DNA from: Trypanosoma brucei
Lineage: Eukaryota
Direction of reading: 5' to 3'
DNA length: 64,000 bases
Assembly: GCA_000002445.1 (NCBI GenBank)
Contig: AL929603.2
Location: 288,001-352,000, forward strand
Both the position numbers and the translations under genes were made by a program. The notes beneath the pieces are model-generated. The model saw nothing but the letters and a program-made list of their open reading frames with translations, was not told the origin of the DNA and did no database searches. Below, piece after piece: positions 20,704 to 31,652 of this stretch (within the stretch, counting starts at the first letter, position 1; the number at the start of each line of letters is the position of its first letter).

Positions 20704-23616
20704 ATGCCGAAGTCTTCCTCAGCCTATCGACATGATCTTCCCGAGGATCTGCTTGAACTCATCGATCACACAACAAAAGGTGTACAACGTCTGTACGAAT
20801 CTACCAAGCGCGCGAGCCGTGCTGTTTCGCGCAACCAAAGGCAGGCGCCAACAACACTGCCCTCATATTCAAGTTGCAGCGAATGCACAAGCGAAACAGA
20901 GCACGCAGCAACCCAGTTGAGGAACGGCAGAGGAACATCAGTGCCGCGTCAGAAATCTTCTTCCTCGAGGGCTAAGGAGAGAAAGGCATCTGCACCTGCG
21001 GTTAAGTCAATACGTGATGAGGGAACGGAATTGACGTATGATGACGGCCTGCCGCTGCATCCTCATCCTCTTTCTTGTGTGGGACATGAGAAAAATGGCA
21101 AGGGCAGGCGACGCAGCACCGATAGCGGGGACAGGGTGACAGCGCGACAGCAACAGTGGGGTTATTCGCAGCCACTTCCGACAAGTGGAGCTGATATGGG
21201 TGGTCCCTCCCACATGAGAATGGGTAGCACAACTTTTTCATCAGACAATCCCACACACCACCCCGTGTTCAATCGTTCCGCTTCCAGACAGCAAATGTCC
21301 ACTTCAAGTGCCTTTAGCAGCTCTGCTGCTTTTGAGCAGGACCACAGCTCTTCTTTGGCTAGGAAAAGTTGGAAAGACACATTCAGGTCCCTTTTGACGG
21401 GTGACGCAGCACCTCCATCATTTTCGAATGAAGCGGCGATTGAAACTATATCTTCTCGTAGTCCGACGCCCTTTACGCAGGGGGCGAACGCAGTGCCCGA
21501 TAAGGCGCCAAGTCACTGCGGATCTCGCGTTGCCTTGGAGGATGCAGATAGACACTCGCGAAAGCCTCGTTCACCATTGCAAGAGCCAGAAGAGGAAGAC
21601 ATAGAGCATTTGCGGCATCGTCTGAGGGAACAAGAGGTGTCGCACAAGGAAGAGCTAGCGCAACTCCGCACTAAACATTGTATGGAGGTTACACGGCTCC
21701 GTCGTGCGGCACTGGAGGCACGTCAAAAGATTTTAGATGAGGTCACTGCGCAGTTGCAGTCATCTGCTGATGTGAAGGTGAAGTTGCTTCGTGCAGAAAT
21801 TGAAAGCGAGCGCCAACGAGCAGACGGCGTGCAGAAAATGTTGGAGGAGGATAAAGCTGTCATTGAACGACTGCGAGGGGAACTTGATGTAGCCAACAAC
21901 AATGTGAAAACACTTCGAAAGGATCTAAGCACCAAAACGAAGACTATAGCAAAGTTAAATGACAATCTGGAAGGAACACAGCGAGAGCTCGCCGAGTGCA
22001 GGGAGGAAGTTGGTAAACATTCAAGGAACCTTGCAGAGAGTACGCGACGCGAGAAAGTTGCCATTTCACGCGAAAAAGAACAAAGAAATGCGGTGAGGCA
22101 GCTGGAAGAGCAACTGAATGAGCGGGAGCGTCGGTCGCGTGAGGAGCTTGCGCGGCTGCAGGAGGAGCTTCGCACAATGTCAGACGGCTACGAGAAGTTG
22201 ATTAAAGAAGCGTCAGAAAAGCTTTCGGTCCTGGAAAAGGTGGAGCGGAAGTATCATGCCTTGAAGGAGCAGCACCGCGATGAGAAGAAGCAGAGTGAAG
22301 TTGTAACTTCGGAAACTGCTGTGCTGAAAGGAGAGAAGGAAGAGCTGGAGAGGAAAGTGGAGGAGCTGCAGGATGAATTGGAGGCGTTTCGCCTTCAAGT
22401 GGCGAGGAAGGAGCACGAACTGCGGGAAGAGCGCGTCGGACACAGTCAAATGGTCGATGAAATTGTTCAGAAGATGGAACAACAGCAGGAGAAATCCGCT
22501 CGAGAGCAAGAGGACCTGCAAAAAGCTCTTCGCAACTCTGAAGAGCGCCTCGCACGGTCCCAGCGAGCGACTGAAGGGTTGGAGCGGCAACTACAGGAGG
22601 AGCAGGCACACAGCAAGGAATTATTGCTGAAACTCGAGGAGGGAACGCTGCGGCACAAGGAGGAACTCGCCGCCACTCGCCGGTCGGCGGCCACGTATCA
22701 TCAGCAATCGGAGGGGGTTATATCAAGCCTGAAACGACAGCTTCGTGAGAAAGATACCAAACTAGAGGCTCTCGCTAACGCCGCATCGGAACCACTTCAC
22801 CGACTACGCAGTCAACTGGAGGATGAGCGCAGCAAACGCGCCCGCCTCGAGGAACAGTTTAACCAATATAAGCAGAAAGCAAAACTTGCACAGGAAGCGG
22901 CACTAAGGGAGATACGACGTGAGCAACAGCGAGTGTCGTCAGTAGGGCGGACGCAGCCAAAGAGTGGGCTGATGCCGCGCCCCCGTCTCTCGGGACACGA
23001 GGAGGGGGATCTAATGTTTCCTACTCCTCCCTCCGCTTCGTCTGCCTCTCCTGCCGGAACGATTGCTGTTGCCGATGTTTCGCCGATGCCCACCCCCACG
23101 TATCCTCCTCCACTGCGTGACACCGATGTGGCTGGGGGCTCAAGTCGAACACCTGTTAAAGTCGCGAACTCCGTTTCACACGCACCGCAGATGCACGATC
23201 GCCATAATGAAGGCAATACGGTTACACCACCGCAGTACGTTGGTCACCGTTCCGGTTGGGATTCCGTTGGTTCGATCTCAAATATATCTTGCAGTTCACC
23301 TCTCTGTAGTAGTCGTTTTGGTGATTTGAGGAGCGTGGATGAGTCAGTGGTAAGTGCGGGTGATGGGCGGCCCGCTGCACATGCCCTGGCGAACGGCAAC
23401 GGCATGTCACCCGCAGGCCAAACCATCGACGAACGTATGGTTCAACACGAACTAGTACTGCAGGAATTTCACAAATCAGCTGCTGAAGTTTTCAGGAAAA
23501 TAACGGGTAACCGTGACGAGTTCCTTGCGAGGTGCACTTCTGCAGTGCGTTCGGCATCACATCGTACTGCTGACAAGGAGCATATTTCTGTTCATGGTAA
23601 TGGGGTGTTGGACTAA
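20704..23616 (+). CDS. large coiled-coil protein (Glu/Leu/Arg/Lys-rich heptad central region)
   Basis: Track ORF starts at GTG 20641; first ATG is 20704 (MPKSSSAYRHDL...). About 500 aa of uninterrupted heptad-like sequence (EELAQLRTKH...LQEELRTMSDGYEKLIKEASEKLSVLEKVERKYHALKEQHRDEKK...). The termini are Ser/Pro-rich. Confidence 0.55.
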   Translation: MPKSSSAYRHDLPEDLLELIDHTTKGVQRLYESTKRASRAVSRNQRQAPTTLPSYSSCSECTSETEHAATQLRNGRGTSVPRQKSSSSRAKERKASAPAVKSIRDEGTELTYDDGLPLHPHPLSCVGHEKNGKGRRRSTDSGDRVTARQQQWGYSQPLPTSGADMGGPSHMRMGSTTFSSDNPTHHPVFNRSASRQQMSTSSAFSSSAAFEQDHSSSLARKSWKDTFRSLLTGDAAPPSFSNEAAIETISSRSPTPFTQGANAVPDKAPSHCGSRVALEDADRHSRKPRSPLQEPEEEDIEHLRHRLREQEVSHKEELAQLRTKHCMEVTRLRRAALEARQKILDEVTAQLQSSADVKVKLLRAEIESERQRADGVQKMLEEDKAVIERLRGELDVANNNVKTLRKDLSTKTKTIAKLNDNLEGTQRELAECREEVGKHSRNLAESTRREKVAISREKEQRNAVRQLEEQLNERERRSREELARLQEELRTMSDGYEKLIKEASEKLSVLEKVERKYHALKEQHRDEKKQSEVVTSETAVLKGEKEELERKVEELQDELEAFRLQVARKEHELREERVGHSQMVDEIVQKMEQQQEKSAREQEDLQKALRNSEERLARSQRATEGLERQLQEEQAHSKELLLKLEEGTLRHKEELAATRRSAATYHQQSEGVISSLKRQLREKDTKLEALANAASEPLHRLRSQLEDERSKRARLEEQFNQYKQKAKLAQEAALREIRREQQRVSSVGRTQPKSGLMPRPRLSGHEEGDLMFPTPPSASSASPAGTIAVADVSPMPTPTYPPPLRDTDVAGGSSRTPVKVANSVSHAPQMHDRHNEGNTVTPPQYVGHRSGWDSVGSISNISCSSPLCSSRFGDLRSVDESVVSAGDGRPAAHALANGNGMSPAGQTIDERMVQHELVLQEFHKSAAEVFRKITGNRDEFLARCTSAVRSASHRTADKEHISVHGNGVLD

Positions 23617-24456
23617 CAGTATATTTTTTGACCTGTTTCCTTTCCCTTTACCCATGGGATGGGTGGCAATATATCGCCTACTGTTGCGTGTGAGCCCTCC
23701 AGGAATTGTTTCGTTAGTTTAATAAGGTCTTCGATTCAATGTGTAGCCGTTCCCGCATGTGGCGGCACATGATTGCTCCGGAGTGCGCTGTGGTGAAGGC
23801 GGGTCTTCGGCACCTTTTTTTGCTGCTGTTTTTCAGGTCCCCGAATCTGTGGACTATTCTCGTCCGCTATTGCACGTGGGTTCCATGGATTAGTACCAAG
23901 TGTTGATTGGGGTATTGCAATTGTGAGGACTTTTCAAGGGAATATGTGTTTGAGGATTACTGCTGTTGGTGTGTGTATGTGTATGTTAGTGTGGCGATGC
24001 TCTGTTCTTAAAGTCGTCTCTTGACGGGGCGTTAGTGATACAGGATGGGCGGTGCTCACAGACATCTTAAAGAGGCTTTTGCATAGCGAAAATGTGCTTA
24101 GTGATGCATACACGCACACTTTTGTGACTGCTGATCTGCCGATGCGCGCAGTTCCGTAACTTGTACCATTGTCGAGGGGTGAAATTCCCAGGATATCCGA
24201 AAAAAGCCGACTACAATTTTTTCTGCTCCTTCCCCTCCAATTCCTCCTATAGCACCCATATATATATTCCTATTCAGTTAACCATTAACGTTCTTGTTGG
24301 CGGCTGTGCCAGCACAATCATCAGTCAAAAGTGGGTTGAGTGTCTATCACTGAGATTATTTTTCCTTTTCCCTTTTTTCAAGTTTCCGGTAGTTTGTGTG
24401 CCTACCCGAACGTGGCTCTAGGACGAAAGTAAATACTTCTGGGCAGTCCACTTTTT

Positions 24457-25566
24457 ATGTCTCGGGGTGGAATATTTGGTGACCCTCGCAAAAAGGGTCG
24501 TACCGCGACGGACAAATATTCCAAGAAAGAGCCTCCACAGAGCAAAAACCGCACAGAGACGAGTTCTGCAGCCAAGGTGTCAAAGAAAGCAGGAGCGCTG
24601 TATGGCCCTGTTGTTGTACACAGTTCTGGGTGTGCCAGTCGTGATTCTGCCAATGATCGTAGGGGCATTCCATTTAAAAACAAGCACGAAGAACGCGAGT
24701 ACAAGAAGGCGAAACACATTCCAAAGTATGCACCAAATCCAACGGGAGGGAAAGGAGAAAACGGGGAACCAACTCCGCGCCCAAGCGGTGCCAGTAGTGC
24801 CGCGCAGCGTCGTGCTATTCGCCGCGTGAGGGATGATGATAGCGTTTTGGAACACTTCCGCACAAAACTTTCAGCGAGTACCTTTCGTCTGTTAAATGAG
24901 CAAATATATAACTCGCCTATTTCTTCTGTTGCAGAGCTGTTGCGTGATCCATCCACGTATGCTGATTACCATAATGGCTATCGCCAACAGATTCAACAGT
25001 GGCCCATCAAACCATACGATGTTATCTTGCAAGCCCTGCTTGAGGATCGTCGGGGGCGTTTTGTAGCTAATAAAGCCAAGAGCATGCCTGGGTACATTCC
25101 TTCCAGTTGGGTTATTGCAGACATGGGCTGTGGGGATGCGCAGGTAGCACAAGCACTTTGTCCAAAAGGTTACACAGTTCACTCATTTGATTTACATGCA
25201 ATGAACGAATATGTAACTGTTGCTAACATCGCTCACGTCCCTCTAGAGAAAAAGTCCGTCGACATCTGCATTTTTTCTCTTAGCCTCATGTCGACTGACT
25301 ACATTAAATGCCTGTACGAGGCATTTCGCATCCTCAAACCGAAGCGACTGCTGAAGATCGTCGAAGTTCGCTCGCGTGTTCCGCACCCTCGGCGTTTTGC
25401 AGAGCTTGTTGAAGGTATTGGTTTCACTTTGGATTATCACGATACTGTTGGGGATTATTTTGTAGCGTACGACTTCATTAAGTTAGATGGACAGGAGTCG
25501 GCTAATCAGCACCCAAAGTATGACCCGCAAGAGGTGCTTGTCCCGTCACTGTACAAAAAGCGGTGA
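24457..25566 (+). CDS. RRP8: ribosomal RNA-processing protein 8 (Rrp8/NML-type class I SAM-dependent methyltransferase)
   Basis: ATG at 24457. The basic N-terminal tail is followed by FRLLNEQIYNSP...YHNGYRQQIQQWPIKPYDVI...VIADMGCGDAQVA...HSFDL...VTVANIAHVPLEKKSVDICIFSLSLM...LKPKRLLKIVEV, collinear with human RRP8 (FRYLNEQLYSGP...YHRGFQSQVKKWP...VADFGCGDCRLA...). Confidence 0.72.
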   Translation: MSRGGIFGDPRKKGRTATDKYSKKEPPQSKNRTETSSAAKVSKKAGALYGPVVVHSSGCASRDSANDRRGIPFKNKHEEREYKKAKHIPKYAPNPTGGKGENGEPTPRPSGASSAAQRRAIRRVRDDDSVLEHFRTKLSASTFRLLNEQIYNSPISSVAELLRDPSTYADYHNGYRQQIQQWPIKPYDVILQALLEDRRGRFVANKAKSMPGYIPSSWVIADMGCGDAQVAQALCPKGYTVHSFDLHAMNEYVTVANIAHVPLEKKSVDICIFSLSLMSTDYIKCLYEAFRILKPKRLLKIVEVRSRVPHPRRFAELVEGIGFTLDYHDTVGDYFVAYDFIKLDGQESANQHPKYDPQEVLVPSLYKKR

Positions 25567-25712
25567 TAGGTACCGGTTCGTTCGTGACAACTGCGGTTTT
25601 TGCCGTGCGGAAACAAATTAAGCGGAAGATAAATAAGTATAGTACAGTGGGGGGGCAGCCAAAGAAAGCGTTTAAAAATCACTACACTGGTGATTCGGAA
25701 GGGTTGGAGACG

Positions 25713-25745
<33 letters not shown>

Positions 25746-25746
25746 C
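25713..25746. repeat. (TA)n(TG)n compound microsatellite
   Basis: cgtatatatatatatatgtgtgtgtgtgtgtgtgtctg, read directly. Confidence 0.9.
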
Positions 25747-25979
25747 TGTATAAGTACCTCCTTTCCTCACCCTGCTTCTCTGAGTCCTACTTGCCCCCTA
25801 TTTTTAAGTGTAAAAATGTTGTGCTCTCACGCGTGTAAGATTCAACAAAGAAGGAAGTCTGTTTGTGACTCTAGTCCAGTTTTTTCTCTAACCTGCTTTG
25901 TGCGGTCTTTTTCATTCCTTTCTGTAGGTATAACTCACCTGACGAAAAAAAGGAGAAGGTGGGGAGGTGGGTACTACCA

Positions 25980-27833
25980 ATGGGTCGCTATACGCGCCGG
26001 TTCACGCTTCGCGTGGGTGTTGGAGCAGTCGCCTTCGCTTGTGCCTGGGCGGTATGTCACCGCTGGAATCTGCGACGCAGCGGTGTCATTTCCTTTCCTG
26101 AAGAAGTTGTTCACTTTCAGCCTCTTCCCCGGGACTTGAAGCTGCGGCAAATGAAGGAAAGCAGCAGTTTTGAAAATCCTTTTGATGCTCTTATTATTGG
26201 TGGAGGCGTTACGGGGTTATATACTGCAGTAGATGCAGCGAAACGTGGCTTGCGCGTTGCTGTTGTCGGTGCGGGTGATTTTGCCTCCGGTTACTCTGGA
26301 ACATCTCCTCCGCTCCTTCCTGGTGCGTTTCCATACGTCCAGCGAGCATTGCGACAACGAGACGCGAAGTGGCTACGCCGTGCTGCTGAAGCCTGGGAAG
26401 CCCGTACAATTTGGTCGAATGTAGCACCAAGTATCGTTAATAATAATGTACGCACACTGGTTCCCTCTGCGCACGCGATGGAGTTTATGGAACTAGCCGC
26501 AACGGCAGTGGTTGCCACACTCCTGAGCCCGTTCTTTGGCCCGTGGAGGTCGTGCTCATTTGTGAGGGGAAAACATCTCCTTGAAGAGTTTCCCGGCGCT
26601 GAAGATAAGGCAGTGGGGGCCATCATCGTGCGCGACGCGACAGTTGACGGCGCGGCGGCCGCTATAGCACTGGCACGAACGGCTGACGCCTTGGGAGCTG
26701 TAACGCTGAATTACGCCCAGGTTGAGAGGATTACCGAGATTGACAATGAGTCAACTTCGTCTGGTAGAGCAAACTTTGTTGTCACCATCAGTGATGTGAA
26801 TGCATGTTGTGGATTGGGAGATGTCGCTACCTCTAAAGTGGAGATGTACACTCGTTCTATCGTTAATTGTGCTGGAGCTTTGGTGGACGAAGTGAAACAA
26901 CTCTTCCCCGGCAATTCATCAGATAACGTGCCGACAGCAGTAGAGCGGCATCAGCTCAGCTCGTATCTAGTGATGCCAGCTACCGCATTGCTCACTGGTG
27001 AGCGTATTACGGGTTGGGCTGGTTCTGCTAGGGCGTTAATGGCTTCGTCAACGTCATACGCTTTCTCCTCGGTTATGATTGTTCCATGGTTCGATGAATG
27101 TGTGTTATTGGGGCCAAGTGTAGCCCCCTTTTCTCTCTCTCCCACCAGGGCTGCCGCTGCTGCCACAATTTCAGGAGCGGTACCAATGCACTCTCTTCAA
27201 GCATCAGGCGGACACGCCAGTGGCGCGGACGACAGTACATGTGAACGAATTTGTGCCGCATTGAAGGCCTCTGGTGTTGAAGTCGACAAGGGACGCATAT
27301 TGTCATGCATTTCCACGGTTGTGCCTGTTCTTCGTGATCCCTCGTCCGTTCCTTGGTTGTCAAACGTTCTGTCAGAGGGTTACCACATTGCCGCAGGAGG
27401 AGAGAATCGGCACCGTGTGCACATATATGGTGGATCTCTGGGGTTAGCACGGCTCATTGCGGAGAAGGCTGTGGACAAGCTACTTAACAACGGTATAACC
27501 TTCAATGTGGAAGAGGTGAAGCGGCTTCGACCGTGTGAGACAAAATGGTTGCCACTTGTTTTTGGAAGTGCCGGTGCAGGAATGGACTATTATGATTCTT
27601 TGTCACCACTGGAGCGCGTGCGTACTTTGGTGCGTGAGCAGTACGCAGTGCGACTAGTGGACGTGGTCTCACGTCGGACTCGTATCGCATACAGTAGCCC
27701 AGCTGAGGCGCTTGCTGCGCTTCCAGCGCTTGCAGAACTTATGCGTGTTGAACTTGGATGGAGTTCGCGGAGGGCGAAATGGGAGTTGGAGGAAGCACGG
27801 TCGTTTATCCTCGCCGCCACGGCTCTCACATGA
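25980..27833 (+). CDS. FAD-dependent glycerol-3-phosphate dehydrogenase-like oxidoreductase (DAO family), mitochondrial-type
   Basis: Track ORF starts at GTG 25959; first ATG is 25980. The N-terminal region is presequence-like. The FAD Rossmann motif FDALIIGGGVTGLYTAVDAAKRGLRVAVV is followed by GDFASGYSGTSPPLLPGAFPYVQ, parallel to the G3PDH motif DDFSSGTSSRSTKLIHGGVRYLQ. Confidence 0.5.
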   Translation: MGRYTRRFTLRVGVGAVAFACAWAVCHRWNLRRSGVISFPEEVVHFQPLPRDLKLRQMKESSSFENPFDALIIGGGVTGLYTAVDAAKRGLRVAVVGAGDFASGYSGTSPPLLPGAFPYVQRALRQRDAKWLRRAAEAWEARTIWSNVAPSIVNNNVRTLVPSAHAMEFMELAATAVVATLLSPFFGPWRSCSFVRGKHLLEEFPGAEDKAVGAIIVRDATVDGAAAAIALARTADALGAVTLNYAQVERITEIDNESTSSGRANFVVTISDVNACCGLGDVATSKVEMYTRSIVNCAGALVDEVKQLFPGNSSDNVPTAVERHQLSSYLVMPATALLTGERITGWAGSARALMASSTSYAFSSVMIVPWFDECVLLGPSVAPFSLSPTRAAAAATISGAVPMHSLQASGGHASGADDSTCERICAALKASGVEVDKGRILSCISTVVPVLRDPSSVPWLSNVLSEGYHIAAGGENRHRVHIYGGSLGLARLIAEKAVDKLLNNGITFNVEEVKRLRPCETKWLPLVFGSAGAGMDYYDSLSPLERVRTLVREQYAVRLVDVVSRRTRIAYSSPAEALAALPALAELMRVELGWSSRRAKWELEEARSFILAATALT

Positions 27834-28189
27834 AGGTATGTTGTTGTTGAAGAGGCCGGTAGTGAATGTGTCGACCCTTTCAAAGTCCTTACACTCTTCT
27901 GCACCTTTACGCAAGTTGTACATTTATGGACACGTCACAGGAAGTGTGTCTTCCAGCGTTGCGTATCGGTGGGTCGTACGTCACAATGTTTGTTCTTTCT
28001 TTCTTCTGTGCCTTCCCCCTCTCCCCATCCCCCGCACCAGAGCCGCAAGTGCATAAAGCACGCTCACACACAGCGGATGCTGCCAGTTTAATTTTTTTTT
28101 TCCCGTTCCCTCCCTCTCCCCTCTGTTATTTGTAGGCGGCCGTTGCTTATCGCCTTCGTATAACCACCGCTTAGTACGCGCCTTGGAGC

Positions 28190-29263
28190 ATGGCGACTAT
28201 TTACCACGAGGGCTTCAAAGTGCGGTATGTGACTCGCGGCATCGGTTCATGGGTGCTTTATTTCTTAAGCCTTGCCGCTCTGTTTATTCTACCTTTTGTT
28301 ATCGCTACTTCTATGGGGGGCATTTGGCTAACCAACAGCCACTTTACGCAGCATCCCAGGTTGAAGTTCAGCGGCAGGTGTCTCCTTCGTTATACGACTG
28401 TGCGCGGGAAGGAGAAGTTGTGGACGTGTTCTGACGCCTTCAACGAAAAGTTGTTATATGGCCATGCGGAGTTGGACACGTTGCCATTCTTCACCATCTA
28501 CGAGGAGGATCGGGACAGTGATGGCAGTGTAGATTGTGTAACCATAGTTCTTGGCCTTCCTGTGAATAGTCTAGGAAGCAGAGTGGAAAATAGCTTTCCA
28601 CCACCCGATGAGATGGACGCGATCGAACGCGTGGAGTTTATTCCTGAATTCATCTACGAAATCATACATCCATCTATTCATTTGAATATGACAGCTGCCC
28701 CCCTTATTGTTTTCCAACGTCCCGGGGGAGGGCACGCATCGGCATCCGGGACGGGAGGGGCGCATACGGGTGGTCCTGTGTGTGCGTCCACATCGGGGGA
28801 TATTTTATTTCACACAACAGAACCTCTGTATTCGTGGTCCAACGTGCATTATGCTCACACATACGCGGACAGTCCCCTCGACGCCGTGGAGAGCATAGAT
28901 GATGTACTTAATGTACCCCGTTTCGCTCAGAAATACGCATCCCGGAATCAATCCCTTTTGTTCAGACGTTACGCAGAATCCGCCGGTGGTGCCTCACTAC
29001 TGCCTGACATAACATACGATCGAGTATTAGGCGAAGATATGGATACTGTGGGCGATTTCACATGGAAGCTCACGCTACGTGTTCAGGATGCCAACGTGCC
29101 GTACGTGTCATCTATACCGGAATTAATAAAGTGGGCGTGGATTCAATATTTTACCATTGCTTACGTTATACAATGGGTGCTATGGAAATTACGTGGCATG
29201 CTGTTGAAATCAGGAATGATTGGTTCAACTGCAATATTTCACCGTGGTTATGCACCGCGCTAG
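28190..29263 (+). CDS. TMEM231-like ciliary transition-zone membrane protein
   Basis: ATG at 28190. There is an N-terminal TM segment (WVLYFLSLAALFILPFVIATSMGGIWL). TIYEEDRDSDGSVDCVTIVLGLP matches TMEM231 [23 protein letters not shown]. The C-terminal SIPELIKWAWIQYFTIAYVIQWVLWKL matches TMEM231 [30 protein letters not shown]. Confidence 0.55.
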   Translation: MATIYHEGFKVRYVTRGIGSWVLYFLSLAALFILPFVIATSMGGIWLTNSHFTQHPRLKFSGRCLLRYTTVRGKEKLWTCSDAFNEKLLYGHAELDTLPFFTIYEEDRDSDGSVDCVTIVLGLPVNSLGSRVENSFPPPDEMDAIERVEFIPEFIYEIIHPSIHLNMTAAPLIVFQRPGGGHASASGTGGAHTGGPVCASTSGDILFHTTEPLYSWSNVHYAHTYADSPLDAVESIDDVLNVPRFAQKYASRNQSLLFRRYAESAGGASLLPDITYDRVLGEDMDTVGDFTWKLTLRVQDANVPYVSSIPELIKWAWIQYFTIAYVIQWVLWKLRGMLLKSGMIGSTAIFHRGYAPR

Positions 29264-29828
29264 GGTTCTTAGTGTTGTTGTCTGTGAATTGTGGGTCGGC
29301 GGCCGCGTACCGAACGGCGAGTCCGTATAGCGTGTAGAACTCCACACATTTTTTTCATACATATCATGACTTCCTGTCACAGACGTACATAGTAACGGGA
29401 AACTGCGTATCGCTCGTAAGGAGGCTAACATCCCTCCTTTATATGTAATACGTACCGGTAAATGCACTCTTTATGTGCCAAGTTATCTTCGTGCGGTCGA
29501 AGCTCAAATTGTTTCTTTGTGGCTGTTACTATTAGTTTGTTTTTGTGCTTCTCATGTCGTGGGATCCGTGACCGCTTTTTCTTTCTTTTTTCAGCTACTT
29601 GCATGTTCTCCTTCAACCTCTATCCTCTTTTTTTCCTCATGCACCTCTTGCTCTTTTTGCTTTGGACCACGCTTTACTTCCTAAGGTGCGGCTTTTTTTT
29701 TGTGCGTTGTCGCACCCCTGCCGTTTCTGAAGGAGTCGCACAACGTCAATCACTTGGGTAGTGTGTTGCCCCGTGGTCCCAATTCAACTGGTAGAAGTGC
29801 GGAACTCACAGATTATTTTTGTTGTTAG

Positions 29829-31271
29829 ATGGCAATTGTTGTCGTGCAGGTGGGCCAATGCGGTAATCAACTGGGTGAGGAACTATGGCGACAGCTTTCG
29901 ATTGCCACTGATAAAGGTGCCGTGCGTTCACCTTTCTTTACCAGTAATCGGAAGGCTCGTTGCGTTATGGTTGACTCTGAACCTAAGGTGGTGCAGACCG
30001 TCTACAACCGTTATGCCGATATTATGCGGGCTGAAAACGTTGTCTGCGGTCACTCTGGTCGCGGGAATCACTGGGCGTTAGGTTATTACGGTCTCAATAA
30101 TCCAAAAAGTAGTCGGTGTGCTGAGAAAGCCGCCGCATCCCGTCCATTTCAGGTCACGAAGGATCAGCGGCGGGGTGACAACTTTGTTGTACGCGATGCT
30201 CTTCGCGCCATCTATGCCGAAACACGTCGCACAGATGACACGGAGGAGTTTGAGGCAATTTTGGTATTACACAGTTTAGCTGGTGGTACAGGCAGCGGTA
30301 TGGCTTCGCTACTGTTAGAGAAGATACGGTACTACTTCATTGAACCGACTGAAGACGAACTTGCAAATGCGGACGAGAAAGCGGAGGCGGACATGATGTG
30401 GAACGACGGACTGGATGGTATGCTGATGCACAAACGGCGAGCCCTATTTCTTATCAGCATTGCAGTCGCACCACAATCCATTGGGGAAATATCCACCCAA
30501 AGTTTGAATGCAGCACTTACTCTGCATGCCTTGCGGATCGTAGATGCTGTGCTGCTGTTACGCAACGACGACTGCCTGAGGGCGCGGGATGATCGAGCTG
30601 CTGGTCCGCGTGGGGCCGGAGGGAAGGAGACCATTTCCTCTTCTTCTTCCCTTTCCCTCCTTAAACCTTGTGCAACCTTCACCGAGGTGAACGAAGTTTT
30701 CGTGACGTTGTTGATGCCCGTGCTCTTGTACGGTGTGGGGGAGAGTCCTATTTGTAATCTTGTGCTATCGTGCTCCCCGAGTCATAGAAAAATGAACAAC
30801 ATCTTGACGATTGTGCCTACACCGCAGCGTCACTACCTGCGGTTCAAGGAGTCCTCCATTCTCTCACGTTTCTACTGCATCACTGGTGCGAAGTCACACC
30901 TGCCATCCGTGTGTCCAACAGTTCCTGTGGAGTTGTTGCACACCTCGAGGTCTCTTCAGTCGACGGATCCTGTGCATTCTAGGGAGGAGGTAAAGATACC
31001 GAAACCGCTGTATCTGAGCTTTGTTCAACCTGGGTCAAAGAAGCGTTCTCCGGCGGCTACACTTCTGACTGAAATTGAGGGTGTCCTCGTTATGAACCAG
31101 GCGCGTGAACTAAATGCACAGTTGCTGTTCCCTCTCTTGCGAACAGCAGCAGTGAAGGTAAAGGCAGGTGCTTTCATGTCCACATTTCTGGATTCCGGAG
31201 TGGCGGCAGAGCGCATTCAGTTGGCGATCAAGAGTGTTGCTCTTAAGCTTGCTGATGCGGAGGAGGATTGA
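29829..31271 (+). CDS. divergent tubulin, delta-tubulin-like
   Basis: ATG at 29829. MAIVVVQVGQCGNQLG is the tubulin N-terminal GQCGNQ motif. RCVMVDSEPKVVQT and GRGNHWALGY match delta-tubulin blocks (RAVLVDMEPKVINQ, GSGNNWAYGY). The GGTGSGMASLLLEKI loop is present. 480 aa. Confidence 0.6.
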   Translation: MAIVVVQVGQCGNQLGEELWRQLSIATDKGAVRSPFFTSNRKARCVMVDSEPKVVQTVYNRYADIMRAENVVCGHSGRGNHWALGYYGLNNPKSSRCAEKAAASRPFQVTKDQRRGDNFVVRDALRAIYAETRRTDDTEEFEAILVLHSLAGGTGSGMASLLLEKIRYYFIEPTEDELANADEKAEADMMWNDGLDGMLMHKRRALFLISIAVAPQSIGEISTQSLNAALTLHALRIVDAVLLLRNDDCLRARDDRAAGPRGAGGKETISSSSSLSLLKPCATFTEVNEVFVTLLMPVLLYGVGESPICNLVLSCSPSHRKMNNILTIVPTPQRHYLRFKESSILSRFYCITGAKSHLPSVCPTVPVELLHTSRSLQSTDPVHSREEVKIPKPLYLSFVQPGSKKRSPAATLLTEIEGVLVMNQARELNAQLLFPLLRTAAVKVKAGAFMSTFLDSGVAAERIQLAIKSVALKLADAEED

Positions 31272-31652
31272 TTTTCGGTGTTTCCCCTTCTTCCCCACCA
31301 GTTTCCAATGAGACGGTTGTCTCCACGGAGGGCGTGATACATTGCTTTCCTTTTGGTTGCAGTGCGGAAGGGGGAGTATATATATTTTTTATGTTCGTCG
31401 GATTCCCAGCTCCAATTTGTCTTGTTTGTGAATTCTTTGTCAAGTGGCGCAGCGGCGAGTGGATGGACAATGAATCTGTCATTGCCATGATCAGAGTATT
31501 TATTCCATTGTCACGCGTAACGTCAGCGTGCGTCTACATTCGCCACCGCATACTCGTCACATTCCATATCTGTCTGTTTGTTTATTTTTTAATTTTGGTA
31601 TCCCTTATGTGTTTTCCCCTTTACTCTCGACTTACCTGTGTTAGCATGCGAC

